DNA from: Rhynchobatus australiae
Taxonomy: Eukaryota
Direction: 5' to 3'
DNA length: 64,000 nt
Assembly (NCBI GenBank): GCA_034780895.1
Contig: JAUZTB010000107.1
Span: 28,813,743-28,877,742 of the forward strand
This document shows positions 1 through 13,959 of the stretch, in pieces; positions within the stretch are counted from its first letter, which is position 1; the number at the start of each line of letters is the position of its first letter. The notes below the pieces were generated by a model, which had not been told where the DNA came from, ran no database searches, and worked only from the letters and a program-made list of their open reading frames with translations. Both the position numbers and the translations under genes were made by a program.

Positions 1-1430
1 ACTCTCAGCAAAGGAAGATCGAGTTGAGATTCTATACATGGGTTAAAAATTGGTAGAGATACTAGAAATGCTGGCTAAAAAACCTGGTCCAGATGAGATG
101 CATCCTAGGTTGCAGAAGGGAGGAAAGGAAGGCAATAATCTTCCTCATATCTAAAGATTCAGAGATGGTGCTTGAAAAATGGTAAACAGCAAATATTACA
201 TCCTGTCCAAAAAAAAGGTGCTGGGATAAATCCAGTAACTATTGACCAAATAGATTAACCTCAGTGGTGGGGGAAGTTCTAGAAATAATAATTAGGGACA
301 GAGTTAGCAGTCATCTGGGCAAGTGTTGATTGATTAAAGAAAGTCAGCAAATTATGTCTAACTAACTTGATATAATTTTTGTTTAAGTTGCCAAGAAGGT
401 TGATAAGGAAATGTGGTTGATGTTGTATATATGGACTTCCAAAATGAAGTACCGCTTGAAAGCTTGTCAGCAAGACTGAAGTCCATAGGAATAAAGGAGT
501 TGTAGCAGCATGATTTGGTTTCTAAAAAGTGGTGGCAAAGGTTATTTTTAGACTGGTAGTTTTTGTGTAGCAGAGTTCCTCAGGGATCCAAAAGAACCAC
601 TACTTCTCTGTCTATATATTAGTAACTCGGACTTGGGTATACTGGGCACATATCTGCAGATGGAGCAAAACTTGGAGGCACAGAGAACTGTGAGGAGGGT
701 AGTAATAGACCAAGAAAAAGACACAATACTAAAATGGATGAAAGAATGAAGATCTGGCATTACATGTGCATAGTTAGGTGAAACAGGCAAGGTAGATTAA
801 AATGTGGTTAAAAAAGCAGCAGGATCCTGGTCAATATAAAGAGCAGCATTGAATACAAGTGCAAGGAAGTTGTGACAAACATTTATAAAACACCGGTTCC
901 ACTATAACTTGAGTACTGCGATGAGTTCTGTGTGCCACACTTTAAGAATGATGTAAAGGATTCAGAGAGGGTGCAGAAGAGAATTACAAATCCTATTCCA
1001 GAGATGAAAGACTTTAGTTTTTTGGATAGATTGGGGAAGCTAGAGTTGTTGTTCTTGGAATGGAAAACGTCACGAGACAATCTAATGAAATTATTCAAAT
1101 CATGAAAGGTACAGACAAAATTGATGGAGTGAAACTGTTCCCATTGGCAGAAGGGTCAATAATCAGGGTTCAAAGGGTGAAAGTGATTGTTAAAAGAATG
1201 GGAAGAAGCACGAGGAACTACACGTTACACAGCAGGCAGTTGGAGTCTGGCATGTGGTTGTGGTGGAGGCAGATTCAATTGCATCATTCAAAATGGAGCT
1301 GGATAAGTATTTTGAAAGTAATGAACTTGCAAGGCTATAAAGAGAGACTAGCTAGCTTGATCTTAATTAGAAGTAATACAGACTCAACAAGTTGAATGAC
1401 CTCCGAGACTGTAACCATTCAGTGATTCTG
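1..1430 (+). mobile_element. Decayed CR1 LINE, RT region to 3' end
   Basis: Remnants of PGPDEMHPR, LTSVVGKF, CLTNLI, DVVYMDFQ, VPQGS and LEYC..F motifs with stops and frameshifts, followed by a CR1-like 3' UTR. Confidence 0.85.
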
Positions 1431-2029
1431 TCATCCACACTTTTATTGGAAATGTATCTACAGTGTTGACCCTGAGGACGTTTGCTGTATCTGTAGGAGG
1501 TGGTCCTGTGTCACTCTAAGATGGATGTCAACCTGCCTCATGTTGCTGGAAACTGGTCACCACTAAGGGCAGGGTCACCAGAGTCACATATGTTGGCCTT
1601 CTTATGATTTTCTGTAAAGGAGCAGCCTGAAAATAGTTTTTTTTATTATCTGACCTGAGATCTAGACTGTTTCCCTTGCCTGGCTTGCATAATGATGCCT
1701 GTCTCATGGAATGGGACATATTGCCCCACTCTCCATGTTATATTGGACTTTTTATGTGCTGTGAAGATGAGACATAGTAGATCACAATAGATCTCCAGCA
1801 TAGGGAGCATCTTCCTTCGCTCTGTCTCCTCTGACTTGGCCTGTTTCTTAAGCAGTGGGCAAAGGCTGTTCGACTTACAAGGTCTATTGGGATTTCCCAG
1901 CCATGGTGGAAATAATTCGGCTGGTTTCACGACAGTAGACTTTTGGATCTACAGAGGACATTTCCATACTCCAACTTTTCAACAAAATACCAGTTGATTT
2001 CCTACACCATTGCATATCAGAATCAAGAT

Positions 2030-2300
2030 AATGTCCTCAGCTCTGAGTCAAAAGGTTGTGGGTAAAAGCCCCATTCTATAAACTTGACCATATAATCTTG
2101 GTTTGTGCTCCAGAACAATACTGAGGAAGTGCTGCATTGTCACGGGCTTTCAGATGACTGAGGTGCTGGATGCTTCCTCAGTGGGTCTAACATATCCTAT
2201 GGCACTATTTCAAAAAGACTGACTGCTGCATTTTCTACACTGCAACAGTCTCAAATTTCATTGGCTGTAATGCACTTTGTGTATGAAAAGTTCTTCCTGT
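2030..2300 (+). mobile_element. Deu-domain SINE (SacSINE1/AmnSINE-like), decayed
   Basis: tRNA-like head, 'tactgaggaagtgctgcattgtc...ctttcagatga...tcctatggcactatt' core and 'cattggctgtaatgcacttt' tail. Confidence 0.65.
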
Positions 2301-2678
2301 CTTTCTAAGTTAATGTCACTGCAGTCAGTAGAGAGGAGGTTATGGAATTTCAGAAATAGATTATATTGAAATGTTTAATTTGCTTGATATTTAGATATCC
2401 AGCCAAGACCTCAAACTAGCAATCTCCAATGGCAGCCAGGAAACCCTGAAGTCTGATCCCAAAACAGAGCTACAGTCCTGGGGCTGGGCAAAGAAGGCAT
2501 GTAGTCTTGTCTGGTATTAGGATAGTGGCGGGGAAGATGAAAACAAAAATTTCCTTTTCTCAGCAGCAGATACTTTGGCTTTTTTTTACACTTCATTCTT
2601 CACTGTGCGATGTAGAACTTAAAGGGAAATTGATGAAACAAGTAACTTCTATAATTTGTAGTAAGTTTTATACTTTAC

Positions 2679-2846
2679 CTGCGTCCATTCTCCTATTTTC
2701 CATTTAGGACATCTACCTCCTCGACATCGTTTCTGTGATTTAGGTTTTTCCAGATGTTTACAATTTTCTTCCTCTACTTCCTTTCCTTCTTTATTCATGC
2801 AGTAAACAGTACGATACTTATTTCCTTTCCCACAGGAAGTGGAGCA
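2679..2846 (-). CDS. ADAMTS9: ADAMTS9 internal exon, TSP1 repeat (56 aa)
   Basis: TTTTCAG acceptor, GTAAAG donor, 168 bp. Encodes [56 protein letters not shown]; [10 protein letters not shown] as in ADAMTS9. Confidence 0.93.
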
Positions 2847-5800
2847 CTGAAAATACATTAATTATAAAAGTTACTTTTACTTGTTTAGTATCCTTTACAG
2901 TTTTAAGAGAACATTTTCTTTTGTCTCTTAAATGTGGTACATCAAGCAGTGCAAATGCCACAGTTGTAAAGGATGTGCAAGAACTAATGGCATTTGCATG
3001 TCCTTGANNNNNNNNNNGTTCATTTTAATGGAAGCCATGTGCTTTTATACCAGGTTCCAGCAATCAGAGCTTCCAAGGAATCCATCCAAGATGCATCAGA
3101 GCCAGCTTTCGGATCATAAATAGCACAATGTCCTTCTTCTACTCCTCCCTCCTTTCCTCCCTTTCTTACCAATTATTTTTCTACAAACATACATAATTAC
3201 TGTGTCTTCATGTATAGTTAGCAAATACAAGAAAATCAATTTCTTCAAAGTGTGAAAACACTGTGAATAGAGGTAATATGCAATGCATGAGAAATCTCAA
3301 GGAAATACATCTGAAGAAAATAGATGGGAAGACTCAAACATTCCAGCTATTCAGATCAGAGTAGGGGGAGATATGACATTAAAACCAACATGAAGAAAAT
3401 CCCACTTAACTTAATCTGTTACAGCAGGTTCATTGAACAATCAGAAATCTAAGTATTTCTGAAGTACAGACATCAGACCAGACCCTCTTTGATTTCAGAT
3501 CAGCATTACTGAAAGATCAAATAGGGTATGAAATGATGACAAATATTTTATATGGCAAGTATTCATAGAACAAGATATTACACAGTAGGATAATCAAATC
3601 TTTACGTGCTATTTCTCAATAGAGTGAAGGTTGAATGTCCATTGGAAATCCAGGTTTAGACAGTTTCCAAGCTTGCAGAAGTCCCAGTTTCAACATCTGA
3701 AAGCTGGCTGAGCTCAGAATCTGAATAATTCAAGATTCACGTAGCGTTCTGATGACATGCTGTGGGATTATTGAACATAGATTCCAGAAACAACACAGTG
3801 TGACATTCTAGTATTTATCTGCAAAGAAGCTTTTCCCAAAGGAGGGAGAATTTACTCCTACAGACATTTTTGGAGTGCCAAAGATGGTGGTAGGTTGTCT
3901 TATCTCAGTGGAGTAGCGTGAGGCTCCAAATAAGTAGAAGATCTGGAAACAATATTTACTGATCAACAAGTGTAATATACCAACTGGTGTTCTGTAAAGC
4001 CTCATCAGAATGATACAAAACCACGAAGATGCAGATTCATTTATTGCACTGTGTTTATAGCAGATAAGGAGTTAAGGAGGTGTATAATTAGCCTCAGTAC
4101 TGATGGATCAGGAATATGGAAGGCAAGGTTCCTGTACCAAATCACATTTCAATGCCTGCTACTGGAAATGCACCTTTGGACATATTGGTGACAAAGAGAG
4201 AATTTTTTTCTCTTGCATAATCCAAGTGAAATCCTGGTGCAGGTTTCCCCTTACTGGACATGCAACTCAAAACCGTGAAGAGATTAAGCATCAGCTCCCA
4301 ACCTGTAGCTGAACTTTGTGGTACTGAGGTCAGAGTCTTTTGGCTGCTGAATTGTCTCTCTATGTTAGCCTGTTATCAGGGGTTGCACAGACCATCTGGT
4401 TGACAGGGGATAGGTTGGCCTAACCATTGGGTTTTATGAGGTACTCCTGCACTTTGGACCCTAACTTCACCAAGTGAGATAGAAGGTGGAAACACATTTT
4501 TCAGTTCACTAAACCTGGGCCTTAGAGTACCACAGGCACACTCATAGTGTGATGTAGTGGACAAGTCCCAAGGAATCTCATGGCAGTGCAGAGGATGGAG
4601 ACAGATGCATAAGGTTTGTCTTTTTTAAATATTACCTAAAACTATAGAAAAACAAACTTGAAATATGTTGAAACTTGCAGCTCACAGCGTAAATAAATCC
4701 TCTGAGCTTTGAGTTTGACAAAAATTTTGTTAGACTCAAATGATATTAATCTGATCATAGTCATGGCTTTCTCCAAATGCACTTATTAACTTGGGCAGTA
4801 AATTTGTTTTCAGACTGCTTATATTATATTTTCATGTGGCTCACAAAGAAAGTATTTAATTTTCCAAATGTGCATAAAAGCAGATAAAATATGTACATGG
4901 CTAAAAAAAAGGTGATGTTGAAATAGAATGACATTGATCACATAGTATCATGATGGCTGCCAAATATTTAAATATATTGGGACAATGTACAGAAGCACCA
5001 TGACAAACATGATGCAGTTCAATTTAAAAGGCACCATGTCAAAGTATCTGCTTACAGAGAGAAGAAACCTTCACTATGTTGGATTCCAGGTGATATAAAA
5101 TGCAGACATCAAAACTAGATAGGAAGATAATATTTTCAATAATGAGTAGAAAGCAATAAATTGACATCCCTTTCCAGTAAGCACCTACTTCCAAACATCC
5201 AAAGGATCCATGAGATGAAGNNNNAACATCTAATTAATGAGGGTAACCTAAAAATGTCAACAAATACCAGCAGGAATACTGGTTAGCTCCTTGGGGAACA
5301 AGGCAAAACTTAATTATAATTGACATCAGCATGCTAACGGTAAAAAAAATAGGAGATTTTCCTGTACTTCCCCTAAGGTGCATTGCATTCTCCACTTTTA
5401 TTAAAGAGAGGGAAATCAGACTGGTTCCTCTCGGGCAATGCAGACTGAGTTTCTGATATTCACCATGCCAAGACAATTTACTGCACATGTTTCTCATGGC
5501 CAGTACCTAATTTTACATTTAGTTGTACATATCCATATTTGACAATAATTAGAATTAGTGTATTGGTAGAATGCACTTGCAACAATCAGTATAATGAACG
5601 CACGACAAATACTACTTACTATAATTAAACTATCAAGCACAATGAAACAATGTAGATAAGGTTAGATGAGGGTGGATGGGTGGTAAGATGAGATGGCGCC
5701 CCACCTTCTGTCTCATTCTCCTTTTAGCTTGCAGATAGGACATCCATCACCAAATAATATGATGTCTGATCTGCCAATCTGACCCAGGAATAAATCAACT

Positions 5801-5869
5801 GGTGAGATCTGGGTAGCTAAACTGCAACCCTTTCAATGATCCAGTGAAAATCAATTATTTCAACAAATC

Positions 5870-5990
5870 AAGTTGAATTTATTGCCATTTGCACAAGTAC
5901 ATTTAGGTACAGGCACAATGAAACCCTTGCTTGCAGCAGCATCACAGGTACGTAGGTACAGACAACACACAGAATATACATTATACATAA
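5870..5990 (-). mobile_element. LINE 3' tail fragment (Rex1/Babar-like)
   Basis: 'tttattgccatttgcacaagtac...caatgaaacccttgcttgcagcagc' resembles the tails at 35880 and 42285. Confidence 0.45.
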
Positions 5991-8900
5991 AATTGATCAT
6001 CATTCATCTTGAATTATTCCTTATTCAATGTTAAACCATGGGGATCTGACACTTGACTAGGCTATTGGAAATATCTAAAATTCCAGCCAGATATCTGATA
6101 AATTTTTCCTCTTGCTATCCATACTTCATGATATGAAGTTTTTACTTTTTGTGAAGGTTTTTAATCAATACCCATCATGTGCAATGTGGGCAACAGGGCT
6201 CCCACTATTTGTTGCAGCTTCNNNNNNNNNNNNNNNNNNNNNNNNNNNNNNNNNNNNNNNNNNNNNNNNNNNNNNNNNNNNNNNNNNNNNNNNNNNNNNN
6301 NNNNNNNNNNNNNNNNNNNNNNNNNNNNNNNNNNNNNNNNNNNNNNNNNNNNNNNNNNNNNNNNNNNNNNNNNNNNNNNNNNNNNNNCTTTGTTGATGGA
6401 AATGAAATGATCTTCAGATAAATTACATTAAAATTGTTTAACTTTCAGTGTAATACCTTTTGTCACTACCCAGAAAGTCTCAAGGGTAAGTTTCACTTAA
6501 TAATATCTTCTTCAAATGACCTCACATTCCAAATGCTAATGGAATAAAACTGTTGCCAATCTTCTGAGGATAATACATGCAGAAAAAAGACATACTGAAG
6601 CTCCATGCTAAAGAATTTTCACAGTAAAGGGGAAATGTATTAAGTCTCTTTGGGGAAAAGTGGATAAACGATAAGCTAGTCTAAATCTGCTTTAGCAATG
6701 GATAATCCTTAACATTTTTCAAGCCATAAAGTAGCTTAGCCGCAATTATTTGTAAAAACATTACCAATCAGCCACACATGACTTGTGCAAAAGCTTAAAT
6801 ATATATAGTCAATTTAAAAAGCATGCAGAAGATAAAAGCTGCAACCCAATAATATTCCACAGAACAGAATTTTTTTAGTTTGTAATGTTTCATACCTAAT
6901 CTTTCTGATTAATCTATGGCTGCAAAAATGAAAATAGAGTTAATGTTTTAGATCACTAATAACATGTTGATGTTTCCAAGATAGCATTTATTGGTACAAA
7001 AAGTAGGTCCATTTAAAGATGATAAAAATATGAAAATTCATAAGGAAGGTTAGTGTATAATCATCATCTAACTCGTCATTGATGAAATACATGATGTCCA
7101 ATTGATGCTATTTTATACCATTTTAATGATGCTGATTTGAAATGTTTAGCGTGAAATACTAATGTCAACAACATTTGATCACAAAATTTGCAAAATCAAC
7201 TCTTAATTTTTAGTCTTCAATTAATAACGTACTTGTCCATTCATAGTATTACACTGGATCATGTATACTTATAATAAGACTGAAATGTAAAAATGCTACA
7301 CACGCTGCCCTTGAAGAAGAAAATTCAGAAAATATCTTTTGTAAGTGACTTAGAGCAGCACCATATTACTATTAAGATTGTATTTTATTTTGGGTCCTGT
7401 GCCAAGATTTTTTCATATTTGACCTAGAACAAAAATGTTTTGACTGAAGTTGCATTTCCATATTTAACACACCTTTAATGAATAAGAGAAAATATTAGGC
7501 TACAGAAGAAAAGCATTTATATTTATTTGAAGTACTGCTTGAATAATATGACTCTGAGAACCCTGCATACAGTACAATTCTTCCTCTCTATGATGTTGAT
7601 ATGAATCTTGCTTTTTTATAGAAGAAATATTTTGCCAAGGTTAACTCTGTAGTAGGAAATACATGATCATATCTGTTGTGAGATCTTTACTTTGACAATG
7701 ATTGTTCAAAATGTTGACATATCAGTGCATGACAAATCTACAGGAAATGATCTTTAAAACAATATGGTTATCAGATAACAAGCTAGACCCTGGGCTATTA
7801 GTGAAAATACAACAGAAAGAGTTGCACATTAATCTGGCTCTACTTCAATTATTTTACAAGAGCTAACAAGATAACTCCAATCAAAATATATGAAAGGATA
7901 CCAATGGTAAGAAACATAAATCAAGCGTTATTTCACAATTTCCTTTATTTTTTTAAAAATACATATAAAAAGGTATTTTCCAAAATCTGTATCACAACAT
8001 GTGGCCAAGATAAATATTTATTATTTCAGCTGAAAATTGGGTTTGGTGCGGTGGGGAGGAGGGGGCGGGGTTATATCTTGGACACCCCATTGATTCCAAA
8101 GGCCAACCTGAATCATTTTTCAGGTAGGACTGTAACTGGCTGAGTAGCTTGTTTGCCCTTTAGTGGCTGGATCCTGCTCAATATTTGCAGATAGATCTGA
8201 CATTGATTATTGGACCCTCAGGTGCAAATAGCTAGAGCACTTGGTGTTCCATATATGTCTGTTCATAGAGAGTACATATGACCTTAGCAATGATTATTGG
8301 GCCCATGAGAGGGACCTCAAGAAACTGGATGAAGTAATTCTTATACTTTGAAAGGACCAGAAGGAGCAGGACTGAAAAAATTATTCCAGCCTGCTGACAG
8401 GATCTATGAAACCCAGTCTCACAATTATTGAACCCCCATGATACTTAATTTTGAACTGCTCGCCATCATAGCATGGGAGAAGCCTCCTTTCAATGCTGTA
8501 CCACAACTGCTACATTTCAGAGAGTTACCTGCTTGCCACCCACAGATTGCCAGCATCTCTCAAATGAGGTCTGGCCTGAGAAATAGTTCATGGTGAAGGA
8601 GAAAGATCTGAATGTTTAGATAAAAAATAATAAAGGGAGATTTGACAGAAAGTTTTGAAGGCCCTGAGCTTATGAGAAATGATATAAATAATGGTAAATA
8701 CCATATTAATGAGACTATAATAATGATTGTTCATTGTTCATCAATATTTAATCACCTGCTATCCAAATGTATAAAAGCCTTCTTATGTATTTAACATCCC
8801 GGCTCTCTTCACAGACTAACAATTGCAATTCAAAAGCAACTGAGCACTGACCATCAGCACCCCTGCCTGAAGCAGGCATTGGCAGTTACATATCATGGGG

Positions 8901-9099
8901 AGTATAGACACCAGTGAGGTAAGTAAAAACAAGGTGAACATCAACTGCTGGTGAGGAGGGTGTTGAAGTGACTGTTGTTGGAGGTTAACTGTTATAGGGC
9001 AGAGATCCAAAAGGCCAGAGCCCATGGGATCCAAGGCAAGTCAGCAAATTGGATCCAAAATTGAAATAGTAATAGGAGACAAAGGGCCAACCTTGGTGG

Positions 9100-9815
9100 A
9101 GGTCCAGTAAAAGTATGACAGATACTATGAATTCTAGGCCCTGGGATGTATTGAGTAACAAAGGGACCTTGATGTACAAATCCAAAGATCACTGGAAGGT
9201 GGCAGTAGATGGTACTTAGGGTGGTGAAGAAGGCAATTGGAATGCTTGTCTTAATTGGCCGGGGCAGGGAAATCATGGTACAGCTTTATAAAATATTTGT
9301 TAGGCCACAGCTGAAATAATGTTTTCCGTTCTGATTGTAATACTATAGGAAGGATATGATTGTATTGGAGAGGATGCAGAGGGATTCATTAGGATTTTGC
9401 CTCGGATGGAATGTTTCAGTTATGATGAGAGATTGGATAGACAGTTACAGGAGCAGAGGAGGCAAAGGGCGGACCTGATAGAGGTATACAAAAGTATGAG
9501 GGCTATAGTTAGGCAACTAGTTCCCCAAAGCTGAGATGTCTAGATCAAAGGACATAAGTTTAAGATGAGGAGTAAGTGATCTAGAGGGGAACTGAGGAAT
9601 AATTTTGTCACTCAGAGGATGATTGCAATCTGGACTGCACTGCACTGCCTGAGAATGTAGTGGAGGCAAATACTCTCACATCATTTATAAATCTGGTTTG
9701 CCAAGGCCCAGTAGGCTTCAGACCAAGTGCTGGTAAATGGATCAGTGTAAATAGGTACTTGATTGTCAGCATGGACATGGTAGGCTGAAGGATCTGCTTC
9801 TGTGCTGTGTAATGA
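9100..9815 (+). mobile_element. Decayed CR1 LINE 3' portion
   Basis: QRDLDV and LYKIFVRPQL-like remnants, then 3' UTR 'gcatggacatggtaggctgaaggatctgcttctgtgctgt'. Confidence 0.8.
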
Positions 9816-9959
9816 CCATTTAATGTATAATGAATCTTTATAATCAAGCTGCTTCTAAAGGTCATCAGAGGCTGTAATCCAACAAGCAATGAGTTCAATG
9901 GAGGGACAATAAGGAACTTTGCATTGAAATTATGGTGGTGTCCAACTAAACAGCTGAAG

Positions 9960-10220
9960 GTAGGAAGAAGGTGCTAAATGGAGGAAGTTGCAAGGAGATT
10001 CCTATTTTTGATGATGAGGAGTCCGGCATAGGTATCAAAATCAGTGGATAACCCATTTCAGCTTCCTTCAGAGGTCCCTGCTATCATTGAAGCTGGTCAT
10101 CAACCAATTCACAGGATATCAAGAAACATCTGAGAGCACTGGATACAACATAGACTATGGGACTAGACAACATCCTGGCTTTAGTGATGAAGGCTTGTGC
10201 ATCTGAACTAGACAAACCCA
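9960..10220 (+). mobile_element. CR1-group LINE fragment upstream of RT
   Basis: Translates DIKKHLRALDTT*TMGLDNILALVMKACASELDKP, resembling the K-GPD-IP...LK-CA-EL motif. Confidence 0.65.
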
Positions 10221-10779
10221 ACAAAGAACAACATTATATCTAATGATATATTTTGGGTTCAGTATGATTCTCCGCTTTTAAATGTAACCTGTAAAATGTG
10301 TTCAGGTACTTTGATATTTTGTGGCTCTCAAACAGATACCTATACTTCAGTCAATTCTAAGACAAGATGGTAATGTCTGCCACTCATCTGCAATACCATC
10401 GTCACTTTCCTTGCCCAGAGCATGCATTACATGCTGAAAGTGAGCAGCCACATATTCATTGAGAATTAAATGCGATATTGCTGCAGTCCTCCCAGTAGGT
10501 GAACAAGTTTCAGCTCTTGTAAAAGCGTTGAAATTACTAGAAAAAAAATGGGAGGACGGAAGGTAATTTTACACTTGAAGGGAATCATGCCAGTTTACTC
10601 TGGGCAGCATACAAGAGTTTGAAGTTAATTACCACACATGATGGCAGACAGCTTTAAGTGCAGTCCTACAGATCTATATCTCTCCATTAATGTTGGCTTA
10701 AATGAATTTAAGATTGTTAGAATGCTAACCGTTATCTTTCTATAATAGCTAGATATAAAATCTTGCCACACACAGAATC

Positions 10780-11710
10780 CCTCTGATCAGTTTGCTACTC
10801 CTCCCGGTCCTGAAATGACCTCAAGGAAAATTATGAATAAGAGCCTCTCTGACTGAAGTTGTTATGTATTATTTACTTAACCTCTTAACAACCTTCAACA
10901 CAGATAACCATATCGTCCCCCTCTGCCGCTCTCCTCTGTAGTGCGGCTCAGTCATCTTGGCTAGCTTGCTTTCACAATTATTTCAGGCAGCTCCTCTCTA
11001 CCCACAGCTTCCCTTCACATTTCACCACGGGATTTTTCCCAAGTACTCTTCCATTGGCCCTCTTCTCCTCCACACCCATATGATGCCCTTGGGCAATATC
11101 ATCTACTGAAATGGCATTGTTCTGCTCCCAGCTCTGTCTCTCCTTCAGTTTTCCTGGTATTCCCTCTTTATTTGTGGAGCTGATCATCCAGCCGGCCAGG
11201 ATTAACTGGGTGGAAGGTGGCCAGTTGGTGGAGTAATTAGGTTAGATTAACTGATCCCTTGCCCCAAGCCTGTGCATTGTCTTTGACTTGGTCTGAAGTG
11301 GACAGCTCACAATCTCAAGTTTCAATTCATTTTCTATTGAGCTGAGTTTCTAACCCTATACCTCCTGCATCTTATAGACTTCCTATTTCCAGCTCTATTC
11401 CATATGATGGCACCCAATTCTGAATGCTAGTGTCTAAATCCTATTCTCCATTAGATTATGGTCAACCAAAGACTTAGTTATTACCAAAATACATTGGTTC
11501 CCAGTCCCAAATGACCTGACTTTAAAATGCATATTTTTGCATTTAAATTCCTCCATGACTGGAGATTCCTTTGTTCTACAACCTTCTCAGGATGCCACAG
11601 TCTGACCCAATCTTTGCATTTTTATGAGCTGCCTTCTTGTGTAGCTACTGCATCATGTGTCCAAACATCTTGCTGGATTCATTTTTCTAAACTCCACCAC
11701 CTTCTTTAGT
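10780..11710 (+). mobile_element. Decayed L2 LINE
   Basis: LLNLLTTFNTDNH (LLDLSAAFDTVDH-like) and IGPLLL...MMPLGNII remnants, with a pyrimidine-rich L2-like 3' part. Confidence 0.65.
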
Positions 11711-13959
11711 TCACTTCTTTAAAGCAACAGAGCTTTTTGGAATAAGTAAGATTTCCAGCTCCCCAGCATGATGAAGTGTTTTCTGCATTAACTCCTAAAT
11801 GGCCTAGCTGCAAGTACAAGATTATTCCTTTATTTTCCCCGTATTTATTTCTCTCGGGCTAACTTTAAACTGATGAAGGTAGTGTAAAATGAGCGATACC
11901 AAGATGACCGTTTGTTCTACATCTCTTCTGCTTTTCAGGTATTTTGTGAACATTGTCAGGGTGTCAGTGACTTGGGATTTAAGTATGTGCTGCTCACTTC
12001 AACAGGCAGTGCACCAGCTATCCAGCTGCTTGCTGGGAACTGCTCAGAAGCAAGTGGTGATCTCCACAGTAGTATGATGGTGTTGTGAGCTAGGACCCTC
12101 CTCCACTGTGGGAAGGTAGCCCTTTGACTTGATTGACTACCCCAATGACTTACTGAAAGCTCCCAACACAGCACTTGTCCTGATTAATTTTTAAGTCGTA
12201 TCACTGCTTACTATACTGCATGGGAGAAAAAGCCCACCTTGTGTAAGGACCTACTGATAAAGTTTANNNNNNNNNNNNNNNNNNNNNNNNNNNNNNNNNN
12301 NNNNNNNNNNNNNNNNNNNNNNNNNNNNNNNNNNNNNNNNNNNNNNNNNNNNNNNNNNNNNNNNNNTACCTGGGTAAGCTAGTTGGCTTTTCAAACCTTT
12401 ATTTCTTAGGTTATTACATTACTTACCCCAAGGTGACTTATTTACATCCATTTCCATTTTACTGCCAATCAAGTTTCGTGATGAGAATCATCTTGAAAAT
12501 GCTGTTCTTCATTTACAGTATTTGAATCTAATGAACATCAGAAAAAGCAAGCAAAATAGATTGGAACTATCATTTTTTTTATGACTGATCCAATTTTGAA
12601 AGTAGCAGCCCGATTAATGACATCCTGAAAAGAATGGAAATCAGTTCTCAGCAGCTTCTCTCTTCAGTGTGAGTAGCTATAAGAGTGGATCAGCTGGATG
12701 AAGAATTTAATTGTTATCATACTCTAGAGGACTGGGAATGCAACTTCAAGGCACTTTACAATCACTGGAAATATTCTGTTTTGGAATTTCTCAAATGACA
12801 TCTACTTTTGCAGTATCTGACCATTTCCTCCTGTTATAGAAGGTTTTCAGGAATTTTTGAGCATTTCCACACAATACTGACACTGAGAGAGTATTTTTCT
12901 TGATGAAAATAAAACTATACACAGAGCTGCACTGTCTTATGAAGCTAAATTGGCATCCCGGACTTAGTGCAAAGCAAACATATTTTAAGAATAAAAGCTC
13001 TCACTCCATTCAATATGTAAATAGTCTTCAGGCAAAATAATGAATTTACACAACCACCCGGACTAGGAGTTCTGCAACAACATCTGGAAGAAGAGAGAGA
13101 ATTGACGATTCAAACCACAAGTCCACCTTCCCCACCTCACAGCAGGAAGGTGAGCATTACTGTAAATTTTCAGCTCTACTGTTCAAGGAAAATGCTTGAG
13201 AATATTGGTGAGTTGTTAATTTTAATTTCTCATTGGATTCAGGATACAAGTTTCCATGTACAACTATTATTCCACTTTTCAATTTTTAGTTATAGTGATG
13301 TGCTGCATTATATTTACTTTTTTACAAAATGGAGGAATTTAACTAATCAACAATCTTTTTCTGATCATTAGAAAAGTTAGTTAAGTTTTGGAATTAGTTT
13401 AGCTATAAAGTCTATCTGCCCATTCAACAGTTTTGCAAAATATTATCCAGGCAAATCCTACCTCATATCTTTGTTATGCTGCAACAGAATTGTACGAGTG
13501 GGTTCATTGTTACATTATAGATTACATGATTGCAAATGCTAAAACTTATCATTGGATTCACATTGGGTGATTTGGTAAGTAGGATAAGAAATATAAAGGA
13601 TTATAGTTCAAGGAAAATTAAACAAATTATAGAACGAAGAAAAAGAGCAAGCTATAAAAATGGGACTTGATTGTCCATCTACATTTGTGTCTGTGTGTGT
13701 GTGAAACAGCAGACAAATTGCCAAGACCAGAGCTATGCACTGCAATTTAAAAATTTTACTCACATTGTTAGGTTCTTGTTCAACAGTATCAAATGTTAGG
13801 AGCATGGGATTGTGCCTACCTCCTTCTTGTATTCTGAATGTGTCAATCTTTTAGGGGTCAGATAGAATTATATATTTCACTGAGGGTCATGGTTGGATTC
13901 CTCCAAACACCCCTCCTTTGTAGCCTCACTCTTCTTCTCAGGGCCCATTTGGGGTTATA

